The notes: generated from the letters alone by a model not told the origin. A DNA stretch of 64,000 nt from Tubulanus polymorphus (GCF_964204645.1 NC_134026.1:11927950-11991949), one strand, 5' to 3'. Counted from the stretch's first letter, positions 38,031-52,428 are shown. Program-made: numbers and translations.

Positions 38031-40428
38031 TTTTTAGGCCAGCCGTAGGCTGAGCCTATTACTATACAAATGGAGCGAATTTAAATGACATGGTTTCCAC
38101 ACAAAAGGCTCTTTTGCTTGCAAAGTGAGGGCATATTCGAACAAATCACGTATTTAAGCGTAAATATCCTCGGAATCGTAGCGAGCAGAATTTTGAAATA
38201 GGCTTTCATAAAAATGTTTTCTGCATTTTTCACGAAAATAAAATCGGGAAAATTTCAATTTTTATCAGCCAATCAGGAAGTTGTGTCTTCCCTGTGATTG
38301 GTTTATCTAAAAATATCAGCAGCTGTTCACGTGAATTATCGTGATTTCATTACTGGCGCTTTTGCGCATGACGTCATGTATCAACACGCGACAATACTTC
38401 CGCGTTCGCTACGTGTTCGCTGATTGGCCCATTTACTGGGAAATTCCACAGAAGCCTAATGTGGTTTGTTACAAGCGCTGTGATTGGCCCGACCCGATTC
38501 TGGCACGGCTTTAGCTTAGTGGGTTCGAATCCCTTGACGGGAGAAGATGATGGATCCTATCGATGCTATCAACAAATAAGTTTCCCGGTTGGGCAGCTGC
38601 GGATATCTACCGAAAGTGTTGCGGTTCGATATTTCGAGGTTTCTTTGAATTTTGGAGTGATATTGCAATCCGGTAAACACCGGCGGTAGATTGTGAAAAC
38701 CCATTGCTTGATATTTGTACTACTTAATCAACGAAAAGCGTCGGGGCCGCGCCAGGAGTTTTCGCGATTCAAGTAGCTCAATAGCCTACTTCTTCGTGTT
38801 CGTCCACCTCCGCAATTTTCACTCCGCCGATCTCTGACACGGCTCTGTCGCCGTCGGCGCTGTGATTGCACTATTCGTACCACCAAAATTTTTTATTTCT
38901 ATATCAGGGAGGTCTGGAGGATAAAAAAGTCAAAATTTGGATATCACATAGGCCTGATTTCATCGAATAAGTCGACCATGGTCGTTACGTTTCCGTACTT
39001 ATTACCACCTAAAACCGTGGGAACAATTTTGTCACAACCAACATTTCGTTTACAGAAATCAGGTGTTCACGTGAACCCGCGGTATCGTCTATTGTTTTAC
39101 TTCCGGGTTTTATTTTAAGATTTAAAATCGTATTTCAAGATCGATTTCTATGAAATCTTTAGTTGATTTGGTGTTTGGGAGGAATTTTTATTTGCTCTAC
39201 AGAAAATTCATCCTTGACAATTGCGCAAGGTTCGCAAAAAATTTCTTTTCCCAAATCGAGTGTATGAACTTGATATGCTAATTAGCCATGTGCTCGAATT
39301 GCAAATTCAATCAAATTTTATTCTGCCAAAAAAAATGTTAAATCCAATTCGCTTTCCGAGAGTTAATGGTATGCTGCATGGAACAAAGTTGTTTTGAGAT
39401 GGGTCTTGAAGCTATTGAGTCAAGAGATAACCATCTAGATAGTTCGTGAGAGTTCCAAAGTTTTGAAGACGCTTCAAGGTAATGTCTTGATATTTGGTTT
39501 ATACGTGTATCTACCCTAGACACATCTTCAGGCCAAAAACTGGCCCTGTCAGATTCAAGATGGCCGACTGGCAGCCATTGTTGTTCGCCAAAATCAGCAC
39601 TTTTTACACATTTTAGAAGTTTTCGAGGGAAATTTTGAAGACACTTTTATCAATAACCTTGATCATTCGTATGTATTTGTATCCCCCAAGGGCCCATCGG
39701 CATGAGAAAAATTGGGTCGATCGGACTCAAGATGGCCGTCCTGTGACCTTTTTTGTTCCCAAAAATGTTAATTTTGGCCTGAATTCTGAGTCCTGTAGCT
39801 TTCTAATGGTGTGCCATTTTTCATTGCAATTTGTAATGGGTATTCTTTGGAAAAGGATCTTTTATATCCGAGAGGGTATTTTTTACCAGGCAATTATGAC
39901 GCAATTGGCGGCCATCTTGGGGTCATCAGTACTCATTTATAGGTGGAAAAAAAGTTTTGCCACATCATTTTGATACTTAAGCATATTTTGCTACCATAAT
40001 TAATTGGAAAGTTGTAGCTCATGACATGTTCTATGATTGAGGTGAGTTTCAAGCTCATTGGTTTTTGTTTATGGCCACCAGGGGGCGTTGAACAATACAA
40101 TAACTTAGTATTTCTATATTACATTCGTACCTATGCATATTTTGCTACCACAATCAATTGGAAAGTTGTAGCTCATGACATGGTCTATGATCTTGGTGAG
40201 TTTTAAGCTCATTGGTTTTTTGTATATGGCCACCAGGGGCGTTGAACAATACAATAACTTAGTATTTCTATATTACATTCGCTCCTGCTGTCTGTGTTAA
40301 CACACGATTGTACTATGTAAATGACATTGAGCAGGGAGTGTATATTGATAAATATAACCCACAGATTACATCATTTATAAAAAGCAAATCTGACAGGCTG
40401 GCCATTGTGCCCCTTGGGGCTCTTGTTT
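38031..40428 (+). mobile_element. Helentron-associated (HINE/DINE-1-like) non-autonomous element
   Basis: Starts in a T-run; subterminal IR GGCCAGCC/GGCTGGCC; 3' hairpin GCCC-TTG-GGGC; internal ~150 bp tandem repeat; related copy at 45577-47665. Confidence 0.65.
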
Positions 40429-40559
40429 TTATTTAGTCCTAAAACATATAATATTTTTTATAAATGTTGTAGATAAACATTGATTGAACCTATACTTGTG
40501 TTATTATTACACCGTATTCAGGCGCTTTTCTAGCACCGCTGGCGCAATAGGCGCACCTA

Positions 40560-41307
40560 TATTCTTGATTCGAATGACTCGAGTCATACCAACACTGTTT
40601 CATGTTGGTTAGTTCGGATAGGCTATATCGCCGTTAAAATTAATGTCTTGCAACTTTTTCAATAGTTCCAAAGTTAGTTTTACACCGCATCTAGTTGGAG
40701 TTACGTCGAAAAGCTCATCGTGTAGATCGTATTTTCGAATATCTACGTAAATACGATGATCGTGACTAGATCTATAGATTTTGATAAAGTTCGAACGACC
40801 AACGGTCATCGCGCCTACGCAAGCGATATCTTCTTTAACGCGCGCAATTTTGTGTTCGATATCGGCTTTACAATAATCTATATGTAGCCACTCTTGGAGA
40901 TCTAGCGAAATACCGTTCTTAGTGGGGTACAGTTGTTTTCTTCGCTCGCAACACTCGTAAGATCGTAAATCTATACGTTTTACCTCCTGCCACGTTTTCG
41001 CACTCGCATACACAAGCGAGCCTAGATAGTGAGGCTCGGGGTCATTGTTCCAGGTATTAAGATAAACTTTCGATGGGCCTGCTAATGCGTTGTCATTTAC
41101 GATTGAACCTATAAAACAATAAAAAATATTCTATATCGGTATGTGGCTAAAAATGATTACCGGTTTCGAATACGGAAATAGTAGTAGAAACTTACTAAAG
41201 TCGAGTTTAAGCGAGGGGTGTTTTCTTTTCCTAGATTGAAGAGAGGCCTTTGCTCAAATCAGTGTGCTTGACATTTCTAAGGTAGTTTGTCCACTAGTCG
41301 AATCCAT
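40560..41307 (-). pseudogene. Tandem PC4/Sub1-like ssDNA-binding domain gene, probably spliced
   Basis: RIDLRSY..PTKNGISLDLQEW and YVDIRKY..PTRCGVKLTLE match the PC4 pattern; GTAAG donor at ~41195 and TAG acceptor at ~41110. Confidence 0.65.
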
Positions 41308-41559
41308 CTGGGCGATACAGGTCGTTGTTGACGAATGATTAGTTTATGAATTTACAACACGTTTTTATTGTCTGAAAATAACTTGTCCGATCACGATTTA
41401 CGGTTTCACTTGTTGTTGCGAAATATTTTTCGCCAAAACTTGTTCATGTCGAAACTTGTTTCACAATGGCTGTTAAAAGACTCCATCTTGGAAGTATCCC
41501 CCACTTCCCCTCCTCTCACACACACGCATAGGATCGCGTAATAGTGGCGCCATCTAGGG

Positions 41560-41825
41560 AATTAATCAGACCACTAAATCGATTTGGGAATTTACATAGT
41601 CAGTCAATGATTTAAATTTTCGCGCCAAAAAAGAAAAAAATATCTTCAATAATCTTATGAAAAAAATCTTAAGAAAAATATCTTAAAGAAATCTTATGTC
41701 ACTTCCGGTCACCATCTTGGATGACGTCACTTCCGGTATTATGTCACTTCCGGTGTGACGTCATCCCTCCCTAATCCCTCACTCCACACACACGCACTGT
41801 CCCATAGTGAAGGACCCTAACTACT
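41560..41825 (-). repeat. Possible terminus of a second Polinton family (AGTAGTTAGGG...) with GTCACTTCCGGT repeats
   Basis: Minus strand begins AGTAGT at 41825; three CACTTCCGGT copies. Confidence 0.45.
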
Positions 41826-42346
41826 CTTGTCAGTGCTAAAACTTAGGTTATTGATATTTAAGTGACTTGGGAACATTTCAGGGATGAAAATCTTCCTTCC
41901 GAAGACAGATTTTTGACTTTTTAGTTTCACTTCATCGTCCTTAAGAATGGTGTTGATATGGGTCACAAAGTTCTGAGATCGGTAGATCACAGCGGCCGTA
42001 AAAGCACTATGAATTGTAAAAGCGTCCATTATGTGTTTTCTCGATCTCCATTTAAGAAGACATGAAAATGGAATCAATAATTGTATCTATTTGAATAGTA
42101 AACATTGTATTGACTGAACGGTTTACAAGGAAGAAGCCGATTGTGATGTAGAATTGGCCCATGTGTTTTACGTGAGGCCGGAGCCGAGTTTTTGACTTGT
42201 GGCTGCATCCGGGACTGATCGTGTTCCAGGTGCTACTGGCCCAATTCAATTCAAAGGTTGATTCTGTGGACCAACTTCGGGAAGATTAAATGAAGAAATC
42301 CCACACTTCGAATTAAAATTGTACGATCAAATTTATTATTATGAAA

Positions 42347-42388
42347 CCACAACGTTTCGGCTGTTGACTAACAGCCATCATCAGGTGG
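42347..42388 (-). ncRNA. Minimal type I hammerhead ribozyme
   Basis: CCAC-CTGATGA-T-GGCTGTT(AGTC)AACAGCC-GAAACGTT-GTGG. Confidence 0.8.
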
Positions 42389-45377
42389 AATGTAGAATAG
42401 TAGAAACCTCGGGGAGATTGTGTCAATTGCAGGGATGAGAATTCCCTGTGGATTTCGGTATTGAAAATTATCATTTTTCCAAATAGTCCAAACATGATGT
42501 AAAAGTATGGGTGGGGGGGTGATGATGGTTTCACTTAACTGGTCTGGTGTGATTGTTAATCAGGTGAACCGTAAAATTAAACTTTCTGCCTTTGGTACAA
42601 AATAACATCCAAACAAGGCTTAGTCACCAAAATCAACGAAGCCATTATGCACGGCGTAGTTTGCAGTATTTACTTAAACTTGGAGCTGTGATGATAGCGC
42701 CCTCGTTTTAGTAACACGTGAAGCTCACCAAAATCAACGAAGCCGTTAATCTTAGATAAAGGATATTCTCTTCATAAAAGAAAGATTAGTTTGAACATAT
42801 TTGAAATAAAATTTTTGTATGGAACAGAGTTTGTATGGAACTTAGAATACTTTCTCATCTCCGGATACAGCTAGATTTGATTTCGGCTCCAGCTACAAAA
42901 ATATAAATATGACATCTGAGATGCTTTAGATTTGACGAAACCTTATAATCTATTAGGAGGCTTATAATTTATGATGTTTATATGTATTTCATTTCAAAAT
43001 CTATTAGGCCTACCTAAAATGTGTTATGTATTTACCTTCTCTTCCTTGTATGGACAACTGTTCGTCATTTAAAATCTAGTTACCTTATACTTTTATAACA
43101 TGCATTTCCTTTTATGTCAAGTATAAGCTGATAGAACTACTTACTAAACCAATGTATGGTCTGGTATGTGGTGGATATGATTAACTCCTTCAATTCACTA
43201 ACTTCTGCACTGAATCTAACAGAGCCCATGGGCACCTTGTATATGATTTGTGTAGACCTGGTTTGATTTCCATCATGACGTCATAGCATTCGTTGAATAT
43301 GTAAGTTAGGTGAATCAGCAGATGCGCATTATTTCGCTAAACATAATGGCGGCGCAATTTGAAGAGGTTTATATTCTGTCTCATCATTTCTAGCGCCAAT
43401 GCTGATACTCAAGGTGTATGATATAACGATTTATTGCGTGCGAAGTGTTCAATGATTCATGTTGTTTTGAAATCACGTGCATAATGTAACGTTGCATCAA
43501 GATATCTGACAAAATTCTGGTTTCAAATTGCAGAAATTTACTTCCGTGTTCGCCAACGGCTGATTCACTGATGATACTGATCAGCTGATAGCATCGAATT
43601 TTTTAAGATGAGTCTGATATTTACACGACTGGAATAATTGTTTTATCATCATTAATTGAAGTCATTTATTGACGTTCGCACTTACGATCCGTTTTGGAGC
43701 CTGATTATCTGTATTAGTTTTTTAATCGCCGCACAGTGATGAGCGTTTGCGTAAGTAACAGTCGTGAACAGTCGTGTGTACGATATCGCCTTATACTTTC
43801 GTGTTCACTGCGTGTGTGTATTAGTTAACGCGCGCTACGGTGTATATCACGCGTAACAATGATTTGTCTTGAGTGAAGATGTAACCTTGCCTGCCCACTC
43901 AAAACAATCCTATCGTGAAATTATTAAAAAACATGGCAGTCGATAAACTTAATTTTCGTCAGTAACCGGCACTGGCCTCAAATTTGCATACTAGAAGCTA
44001 CATGACAAATTTTTTACTTCTCACCAGTTTAGCGAGCCACTAGACCATTGGTCCTTTATTTAATTACTATTTATATCGATTTTAAAGGGTAAATACTATT
44101 TAATTCTTAACGAGAAGAAATTCACGTTTATATATATATAACGACCTAATATCTGTCACATCGAAAAAAGTATATCTTTTTACGACCAAGTCGTAAATTA
44201 GTCATTTATTTATCCTTCACTTTGTGCCTATAGTTCACATACCACCTGTTGTGGCACTTTTTATTCTACGTTTATCATGTCATATAAAACAGTAGCATCA
44301 GTATACAATGGTAAGAGTTCACAATCCAAAGACAATTCTTAAATGATTAAATACCCTATGAAATGTCTAGTGAAATGCCTGGAAACTGTAAGCGCTTGTG
44401 TCAGAGATGACGTCAGAAACACACACCTGCTCACATAAACAATTACAGTGAGCACGTGCTGAAATTGCCGATGTGAAAGTCGTATTTCTCAGTAATGGCT
44501 GAACTAAAATTCAAACCAGTTGCATATTTGATATAAGTTGATATGTCACATATGAAAATAACTTTTTACAATGTGCTATTTGGACAGCATTTGCTCTTTA
44601 AGCTTGTTGATTTCGTCTGATCAATAAATAACCTTTGTGTCAGCCGATAAACATGCGTCACTCAATTCAGTTTCTCGAATATGGAAAATCTTGGAAATTA
44701 TTTGGAGCACCTTTAACATGACTCCTCTATAAATCTTTACCATTGAACAAGTCAAAGTTAACCCCTCTTTGGCGGTACTCTATACATCTTAAATCACTGA
44801 TATGAATGGGTGGTTGACTGTATTCCCATGGAAAGGTGAATTAAAGACAAGTATACCTTGATTTAACGTCACCCTGAGGATTCCTTATTTTGGCTGTTAA
44901 AGGAGTGTCGCGGTAAATCGGGGTTTTAAGTCAAGTCACTCAAATACCTACGCTATACCTACTATCTGCTCGGAACATACATCTATGTATATTGATGTGA
45001 TGAATTTAAGGCACATTCTAAAAACATACTGTCAAAATTAAAAACTTGTAAATTGAAAAAATATTGTAATACATTTGTGTATGGTTATACTAGGAGATTA
45101 CGTTGGTGGTGGCGCTATGCGAGAGGCGGTAAATCGGGAGTTTTCCTGCACATTTTAGATACAAATGTTCAGTTTCCGATGAAATGTAGTTGGTGGATCG
45201 GGGGGGGGGGGGCGGCGTTAGATCGAGGTATGATTGTATTATGACCGTGAAAGGAGGGGATGGTCTTCAAGCTGCGATCAACCACATCAAATAACAGATG
45301 TTCGCAATGGTTGAGTTCGCTAAAAGTACAAACAATGATGAAGTTGTGCTAACAGATTTATTTTTGTGACTTTCCAG

Positions 45378-45500
45378 GTTGTTGTTGTAAAATTAAAGAT
45401 GGATAAGGACAGAAAAAAGATTCTGGAACGTAAAGCAAGAAGCAGACAGGATGCTGATAAGGGAAAGCATACCGAAGAATCTATCATGGAAACTGCTTGA
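45378..45500 (+). CDS. RPL26: RPL26 last coding exon
   Basis: [40 protein letters not shown]; TTTCCAG acceptor; 143 aa in total. Confidence 0.95.
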   Translation, partial: VVVVKLKMDKDRKKILERKARSRQDADKGKHTEESIMETA

Positions 45501-45576
45501 ATGTTTGCGTGAATAATAATCGAAGAAAAACAATTCATCTGAATTTTAGTTCATATTTATGTTGGTTCTTTAAGAG

Positions 45577-47665
45577 TTTTAGGCCAGCTGTAGGCTGCTC
45601 CGATTGCAATACAAATGGAGAGAATTTAAATGTTATGGTTTCCAGAGGAAAAGCCCATTGACTGCACTGCACGACTGAGTATATATTGAATTGGTACAAA
45701 TCATTCGTTAAAGCATTATCCGTTCACCACTCCGTAGGGAGCTGAATTTAGAAAAGGGGCCCTCCTTTTACATGTGGTTTTTTGCCAACATCTGAGCGCA
45801 GAGATATGATGAGCATATCTGATCATCAGATTTATAAAACCATTCTCAATGCAAAGTCTCGAATGATTAGCTTAGCCGCCTGAATCGGCAGGTTTTCATG
45901 TGAAACTGCTGACGGCTAATGTTCTATTTCAGGGTTTTATTTTAAGATTTAAGATTGCATTTCAAGATTGTTTTCTGTGAAATCTCAATTTGATTTGGTT
46001 TTTGGGAGGAATAGTTTTTACAGTCAACCACAGTTAAACCGTATAAGTGCTTATTCCGTATAAATAAATTGGTCCCGTTTTTCAGTCACGTCATTCCCTT
46101 TTAAATTCTGTGTCTAATTCCTACTCCATAATCGGTATTTTCACTTATTCCGTAGACAAATGCATGGTCCCGTTGTCTTTAATCCTTGTGTAATCCGTAT
46201 CAGCTATATCAGCTGTTGGGAACATACACTTGAATAAAGAAAAAGTATAAAGATCTGTAAGGCCACACCAAAAGAAAATCCTGTTTCTCTGGCAGGGCAA
46301 TCACCAAAATGGGTAGGTAAGTAGGACATTTAAAAAAAAATCGTTTATTCTTCTATCAGTGGGTATGTTGCCGTAAATAATTTTTACTGAACTAAATTTT
46401 TAGTCAGGAATATGATTAACAGCTAGTAGACCACAATAATAAAAGGAAATTGAGGTGTTTGTACAATTAACTATTAAATAAAACTATATTTTGAGCATAT
46501 TTCACGGAATTCCTAGAATTTTACAATCCAAAGTCGTCATCGAAGTCCGATTAGCAAAGTTATCAGAGCATGGCTGTGCCATTTCAAGAATCAAATTTTA
46601 AATCCGACATAACAAAATGTTTTTATGTTGTTGATATCTGTGCCGACATCAGGATTTGGTGAAAAAAATATTAACGAGAAAGGAGTTTGGTAGTCAGTCG
46701 GCCACATATATATTTTTGAAAAAAGTTATTTCACCTAAAATTTTGAAAAAGGGTCAGTAGGTGATAATATTTTATTCTGAAAATGATTATTTGAAATGGG
46801 GAAGTATCGGGTCGGTTGTGCCCTAGAAACAGGGTTTTTTTGGTGTGGCCTAATCTTTAGGGCTTAATGTGGTCAGTAGGAAATATGAGAAACTCCAGAA
46901 AACACTGAAGTTAATCCATCAATGTCATAGTCTCAATTTTCACTTAATATTCAGTATTCAGTACAGATGCTATTATTTGTCAGCATAAGTCCTTTGATGA
47001 ATCGCCCTATAGTACATGGCCTGTGAGTTATCTGTACTAGACACACTTAATGCGGCTTTAATGCCGATGGCTTCAAATAGTCCTACTCTACTGAAACCAG
47101 CTTTTCCATCACACCAGGGGGTGTTTTCTTTTCATGTCTATGAATGATATCAAATTGATCTAATTAACCATTGGATACTATGAACTTTTTATCCCCCCCC
47201 CCCCCCCCATGGATCGCTAGAACGTGGTTCTAGAGATAACTAAACCAGCTATTATACGGGTCGTGCACTTAAATCATAGTTTGGTAATAGTTAAATCGTA
47301 TCAATTACAAATTATCTGTTATCCGTATATCACTTATTCCGTACTAAAAAGCTCAGTCCCTAGTAATGCGGATTAACCGATGTTGACTGTGTTCGCACTA
47401 CAGAAAATATCATTGAAGATTGGATGGGTGATTATGGATGATGATGTTCTAAAAAGCCATGTGCTCGAATTCAATCAAATTTTGAATCACAAAAATCCAA
47501 TTCAATTGATCTGATGTATTTTTTCCCGCAATCTCCCCATTATTGATACCATGATTACTATGTGTAAATTGTATCAAGTGGGGAGTGTATTTTGACAAAT
47601 ATAACTCACACGATGCATCATTTGTCATAAATGAAATACCAACATGCTGGCCTTGGGGCTCTTTG
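45577..47665 (+). mobile_element. Second HINE-like copy carrying nested MITEs
   Basis: Ends similar to 38031-40428; contains CAGTCAAC...GTTGACTG (46021-47389). Confidence 0.6.
46261..46850. mobile_element. Harbinger-type MITE
   Basis: TIR GGCCACACCAAAA; TAA duplication. Confidence 0.8.
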
Positions 47666-48715
47666 TCATAAATTGTTAAATCACACAATAACCTGCTAAA
47701 GTTTGACATTTTAGACCAATCTCATCTGTTTCAGGGGAAATAGGGGTTTTAGGTCGTACGTTCACTTTCTCTGGACTAAAAATCTGGGAGTCAAAAAAGA
47801 TGGGTTTACCACTTAGCAGCCCAAAAGCTTATCAAACATTCCAGTCCATCAGCAGGTCAAGGAAGATTTGATGCATGGTCGAGGACCAGTATATGGCCTA
47901 TGAGCCCACTCAATTTGTGCAACGGCAGTATGTGTACCCCCGAACCATAAGTGCGGAGAAGAGTTAGAACACTTGAGACTGGAATTACCTTATTATCAAC
48001 GGCGATAATGGGTTTTTTTTTCTGAATTTCACATTTGATATGATAGGACTGAAATTAAAAAGTTCATTGCCGGGGATTTGAACCAGACAATACGAATCGG
48101 GCGTAACTGTGATGATGCTTGCGACAAGACGTGAGATTATATGATACGAATATTTTTTGAGCAATCTTCTTTTTTACCTGACGAAAACATGGATTAACAG
48201 CATATCTCAAAAATAACATGGCAGCACAACCTAGTTCTGGTGGCAGCAATTAGTAACTTCTAATTAGAATTCGGGATATCGACAATGACAAATTCTAATC
48301 CTGACGATGTGTTGGATTCGATATGGCCTCACTTCAAATGCTAAAGATCGCTAAAAATCTCAAGGAATTACAAAAGAATCAAATTTAGCGATGACGCTCG
48401 AAGCAGTTAACGGAAGTTAAGACTGGTGCCACGTGTCACCACCTTTGTTGTTGAGTTCAAGACCCTTAAGGTAAATTTATTGCTTGCTACACTGATTAAT
48501 ATGAAATCATTAATATGAAATCATTAATATTAAGAACATATAGCTGCAAAGCAGCGATACATGTTTTCTGCACATCGTACGTATTCTTGATCTTGTCTGA
48601 ATATTGTGTCGACGATCGCGTGTAAGCTGATGCAGCCGCTACATGCCATAAAATCGAAGGGAAGTTAGAATCCTGTTCAACTGTCAAAACGCTTTTATAA
48701 ATGGACGGTTGACAA

Positions 48716-49836
48716 AGACCAGGAGCCACGGACATTTTATTCATAGGAAAAGAGAAAAATTGTTTAACATGCCCAATTTGTAGGAAACCACCCGAGTAAC
48801 AACGAATGACGTTGCTACCTTTGGCCTAGGCGGGCCCCTAAAAGGGGGATAAAATTTATCTTTATTCAAAGATCATTAGAAATGCATAATTTTAATCGAT
48901 AATCATAGAAATGAATGTAGGTATATCATTTTTCAGCATGACAGCAGTTTTTTTCTGTACCGGGGCCTAAACAGTGACATTTTTTTTGGGGGGGGGGGGG
49001 CTGAAAATAAAGTTTTTCAAAGATAGCGAGAAATGAATGAAACTTACATTATTTACTTCCATGTGTATAAGGCTACTTGAAAATGTGAGTGACAGCAACT
49101 TTTTCCTGTACGGGGTCGCACACAGCAGCCACATAGACCCCAAGATGTCCCCGGATGACATTTTTAAAATATGGTGAGAAATAGCTGAAACTAATCACAT
49201 CTTTTCTAACTGATAACTTTGAGATGCAAGATATCAATGACAGCAATTTTCTCCTGTACGGGGGTCGGGACAGTGGCTTTTGGGGGTCCCGGACCATGGA
49301 TTTATTCAAAGGAAGAGAGAAATGCATAATTTGAATTTCAAAGTGATGTAATGACACGATACTAACTAAAAATACTCGTGACAGCAAAATCTGCATGTAC
49401 AGGGCTCCAGACAGCAGTCCAATTTACAGACGCCTGAGACAGTTTTTATTCAAATGGACACAGAAATTTATACTTGTGTCAATGACATAGCTACATAAAA
49501 AAAAACTTCAACAGCGGCTTTCATCTGTACCAAGAAGGTACAGACAGTAGTTTTATTGATTGTTGATCTAAAACAGGTCATTCAACAGCAGCTTTCACCT
49601 AAAACCATTTCGATACAGTCCACCCTTATACTAGATAAACTAAAGGGCTACCAACACACTAAGTTTAAATCAAACGAGTTACAAGAAATCATTTTAGGGG
49701 CCTGCCTAGGCCAAAGGTACAGGCTATGACCCGGCAGCAACGTCATTCGTGGTTACTCGGGTGGATTCCTACAAATTGGGCATGTTAAACAATTTTTCTC
49801 TCTTCCTATGAATAAAATGTCCGTGGCTCCTGGTCT
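48716..49836. mobile_element. Non-autonomous TIR element
   Basis: ~100-130 bp TIRs beginning AGACCAGGAGCCACGGACATTTTATTCATAGGAA. Confidence 0.85.
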
Positions 49837-49914
49837 ATGAGGCCTACTTTGAAACCATGGATGACTGGACCAGATGGTTATTTGACTCTGGAAAATGGAC
49901 TGTTAGGCCTCAAT

Positions 49915-51370
49915 TAATGGAATTCAAAAAAGCATTTGATAAGGTCCAACATCAGCGATTACTAAATAAGCTATTCGGAAACGGTATCAATGATAGGTCG
50001 CTTAAATGGCTCAGCATATTTCTCTGAACGAAAACAGGTGGCCGAATTCAATTAAACTGTCTCATCTTGGAATAAATCGGTCTTACTAGTGGAGTCACGC
50101 AAGGTAGTATCCTCAGTCGTCTTCTCTTCGCTCTGCTGATAGATGATTTACAGAGTAATTCAAAATGTACCGGACAGGGTATATTTCCAAAACGACCTAA
50201 TCTAAAATGTACCCAACAGAGTATATTTCCTAAACAAGCTGTGTTCCGTTCATGGTCAGAAACACGGAAGATGGGAAAGGGAAAATCTGAAGTAGTAAAT
50301 TTCCTGTGTATCGGTAATATGATTAAATGAGGAAAATGGGCTATTGTTAAAATTAGTTTTTAAAAACCGCGACTGAATGTGTGTCACAGAGCGGGATCCT
50401 CCGGATCGTTGGGCGAAGATATTTCGTGGAGACTCCCACTCCGCAACCAAGATTTCAGGACCAGTTTGACGGGGGAACTGCTACCATATCACAACCACCA
50501 ACTGTCGTGGCGATTGACCAGCCGTTTCTTCTCTCCAGGAACTGCGGACTAAATAAGATAAAGTTTTCGTTGTATATGTACAAGAAACTTTATTCCAAAA
50601 TCACAGAATATCCTGCCTATATGGCAGAATTCTAAAGACTGACAACACCTCCAGGAAGTCAACCGTGATTCCACGAACACCCATAGAGGGGCGCCAGCTT
50701 ACAGTAAATAATTTTCACTCTATCACAGTGCAATCTTTGGGTTATAAATGTGTTAATTTATGCTTGAATTGATAATCGATGTGACAAGAAACGTGAGGTA
50801 AATTTCGGAAAGACGACTTAAAAAAAACATATCGGCATTTTGAATGGGGCTCAATTTTCGATGTTTACGGCCCGATAATGCTTTTGTAACGTCGATTCTT
50901 CAAAATACGCATGGAGTATTTGTAGATCGAAGTGAGATGAATGATATCAGACGGATTGTATTGGCAACAGCGGTAATGGAAATAAGCCTATGTACTTTTG
51001 ACAAAAAAAGTGTGGAAAAAAATAATAAATATAGCTGCAAAGCAGCGATAACGGGTTTTCTGCACAGTCTTAGAATCCTGTTCAACGGTGGATTTCGACA
51101 AAGCATTTAATATGGCACAACATCAGCCATTACTAAACAGGCTGTTAGGAAACAGTATCAATGATAGGTCGCCCAAATGGCTCAGCAGTTATCTCTGAAC
51201 GAAAACTTGTAGCCGAAATCAACGGAACGCCTCATCTTGGAATAAGTCGGTCTAACTAGTGGAGTCACGCAAGGTAGTATCCTAAGTCGTCTTCTGTTTA
51301 ATGTCCTGACAAATGACATACACAGTAATCCAAAATATACCAGACCGAGTAAATTTCCAAAACGACCTTA
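49915..51370 (+). pseudogene. Two degraded CR1-like RT fragments (~49915-50200 and ~51090-51370)
   Basis: KAFDKVQHQRLLNKL and TSGVTQGSIL remnants, present as a direct repeat. Confidence 0.65.
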
Positions 51371-51616
51371 ACACGCTGACCTTAACTTAATGATCCGACA
51401 AGAAAATCTTGTTCGAATGAAAACAATTCTGTTTGATCGAACAATACGCTTTTTGTTTGAACCAAAACTTTTCTTCATTCTGAAAGCTATGTTATTGTTG
51501 AAATGAAAAACTTTTTGTCCCGGCAAAAAAATTTGGTTGAGCGAAAACAATTTTTTCGAACGAATGTTTGAATGAAAACAATTCTGTTCGATTGAACGAA
51601 ATACTTAATACTTTTG

Positions 51617-52428
51617 ATCACGATAGGTAAAACACAATATCCGTGTTGACGCGATGAGGAGAGAATCCCACAATGATAATAAAAAGTCCGAAAATGAAAC
51701 TTCGAGATAGTAGTTTATTCAACGTTTCGACTATATCCTAATAGTCATCTTCAGGAATAATGAGATACTACAGAAATTATGAGATATATATACAATCCAG
51801 AGACAAAGAGACTAATTCAAGTAATCAGAGATGATACAAACTAAAGGAAAATTAACGTAGAAACAGTTACACGCTAAAATAGATTAAAGGGAAGCAAACT
51901 AAGGGGTGATTATAAACAACAATAGTGAGTAAAAATATAAATGAAACTTAAAGTCAGTAGTAAAAAGAAAGACAAACTAAGGGACACTTAAATTAAAACA
52001 AAGGTGAATACAAGTTAAATTGATGAGAGAACAAATAACAAATAATCAAAGGGGAAATCAAGTGTTGAGTTTAACCAGTTTACAGAGGAATTTTGATATA
52101 AGTTTATCATGGGGTGAAAAACCATTGTTAAGGTTTACAACGTTGTTCGAATTTTCAATAATTAATGCAGATTCCAAAATATGTCTTCTAGTTTTATCGC
52201 TGCAAGGGTAAACTAATTCAGCATTAGCAAAATCAAAATTGTGTGAAGTCTGAAAAACATGATTACTTGAATTAGTCTCTTTGTCTCTGGATTGTATATA
52301 TATCTCATAATTTCTGTAGTATCTCATTATTCCTGAAGATGACTATTAGGATATAGTCGAAACGTTGAATAAACTACTATCTCGAAGTTTCATTTTCGGA
52401 CTTTTTATTATCATTGTGGGATTCTCTC
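51617..52428 (-). mobile_element. Penelope fragment with inverted pLTRs, GIY-YIG C-terminus and two hammerheads (~51718-51757 minus, ~52330-52369 plus)
   Basis: NHVFQTSHNFDF..ILESALI..NLNNG; ~170 bp inverted ends; duplication CTTAATACTTTTG at 51604-51616 and 52429-52441. Confidence 0.85.

Noticed and set aside
38500-38550. tRNA gene at GGGTTCGAATCCC
   Set aside because: Only a T-arm/B-box is present with no cloverleaf; it is part of a dispersed repeat.
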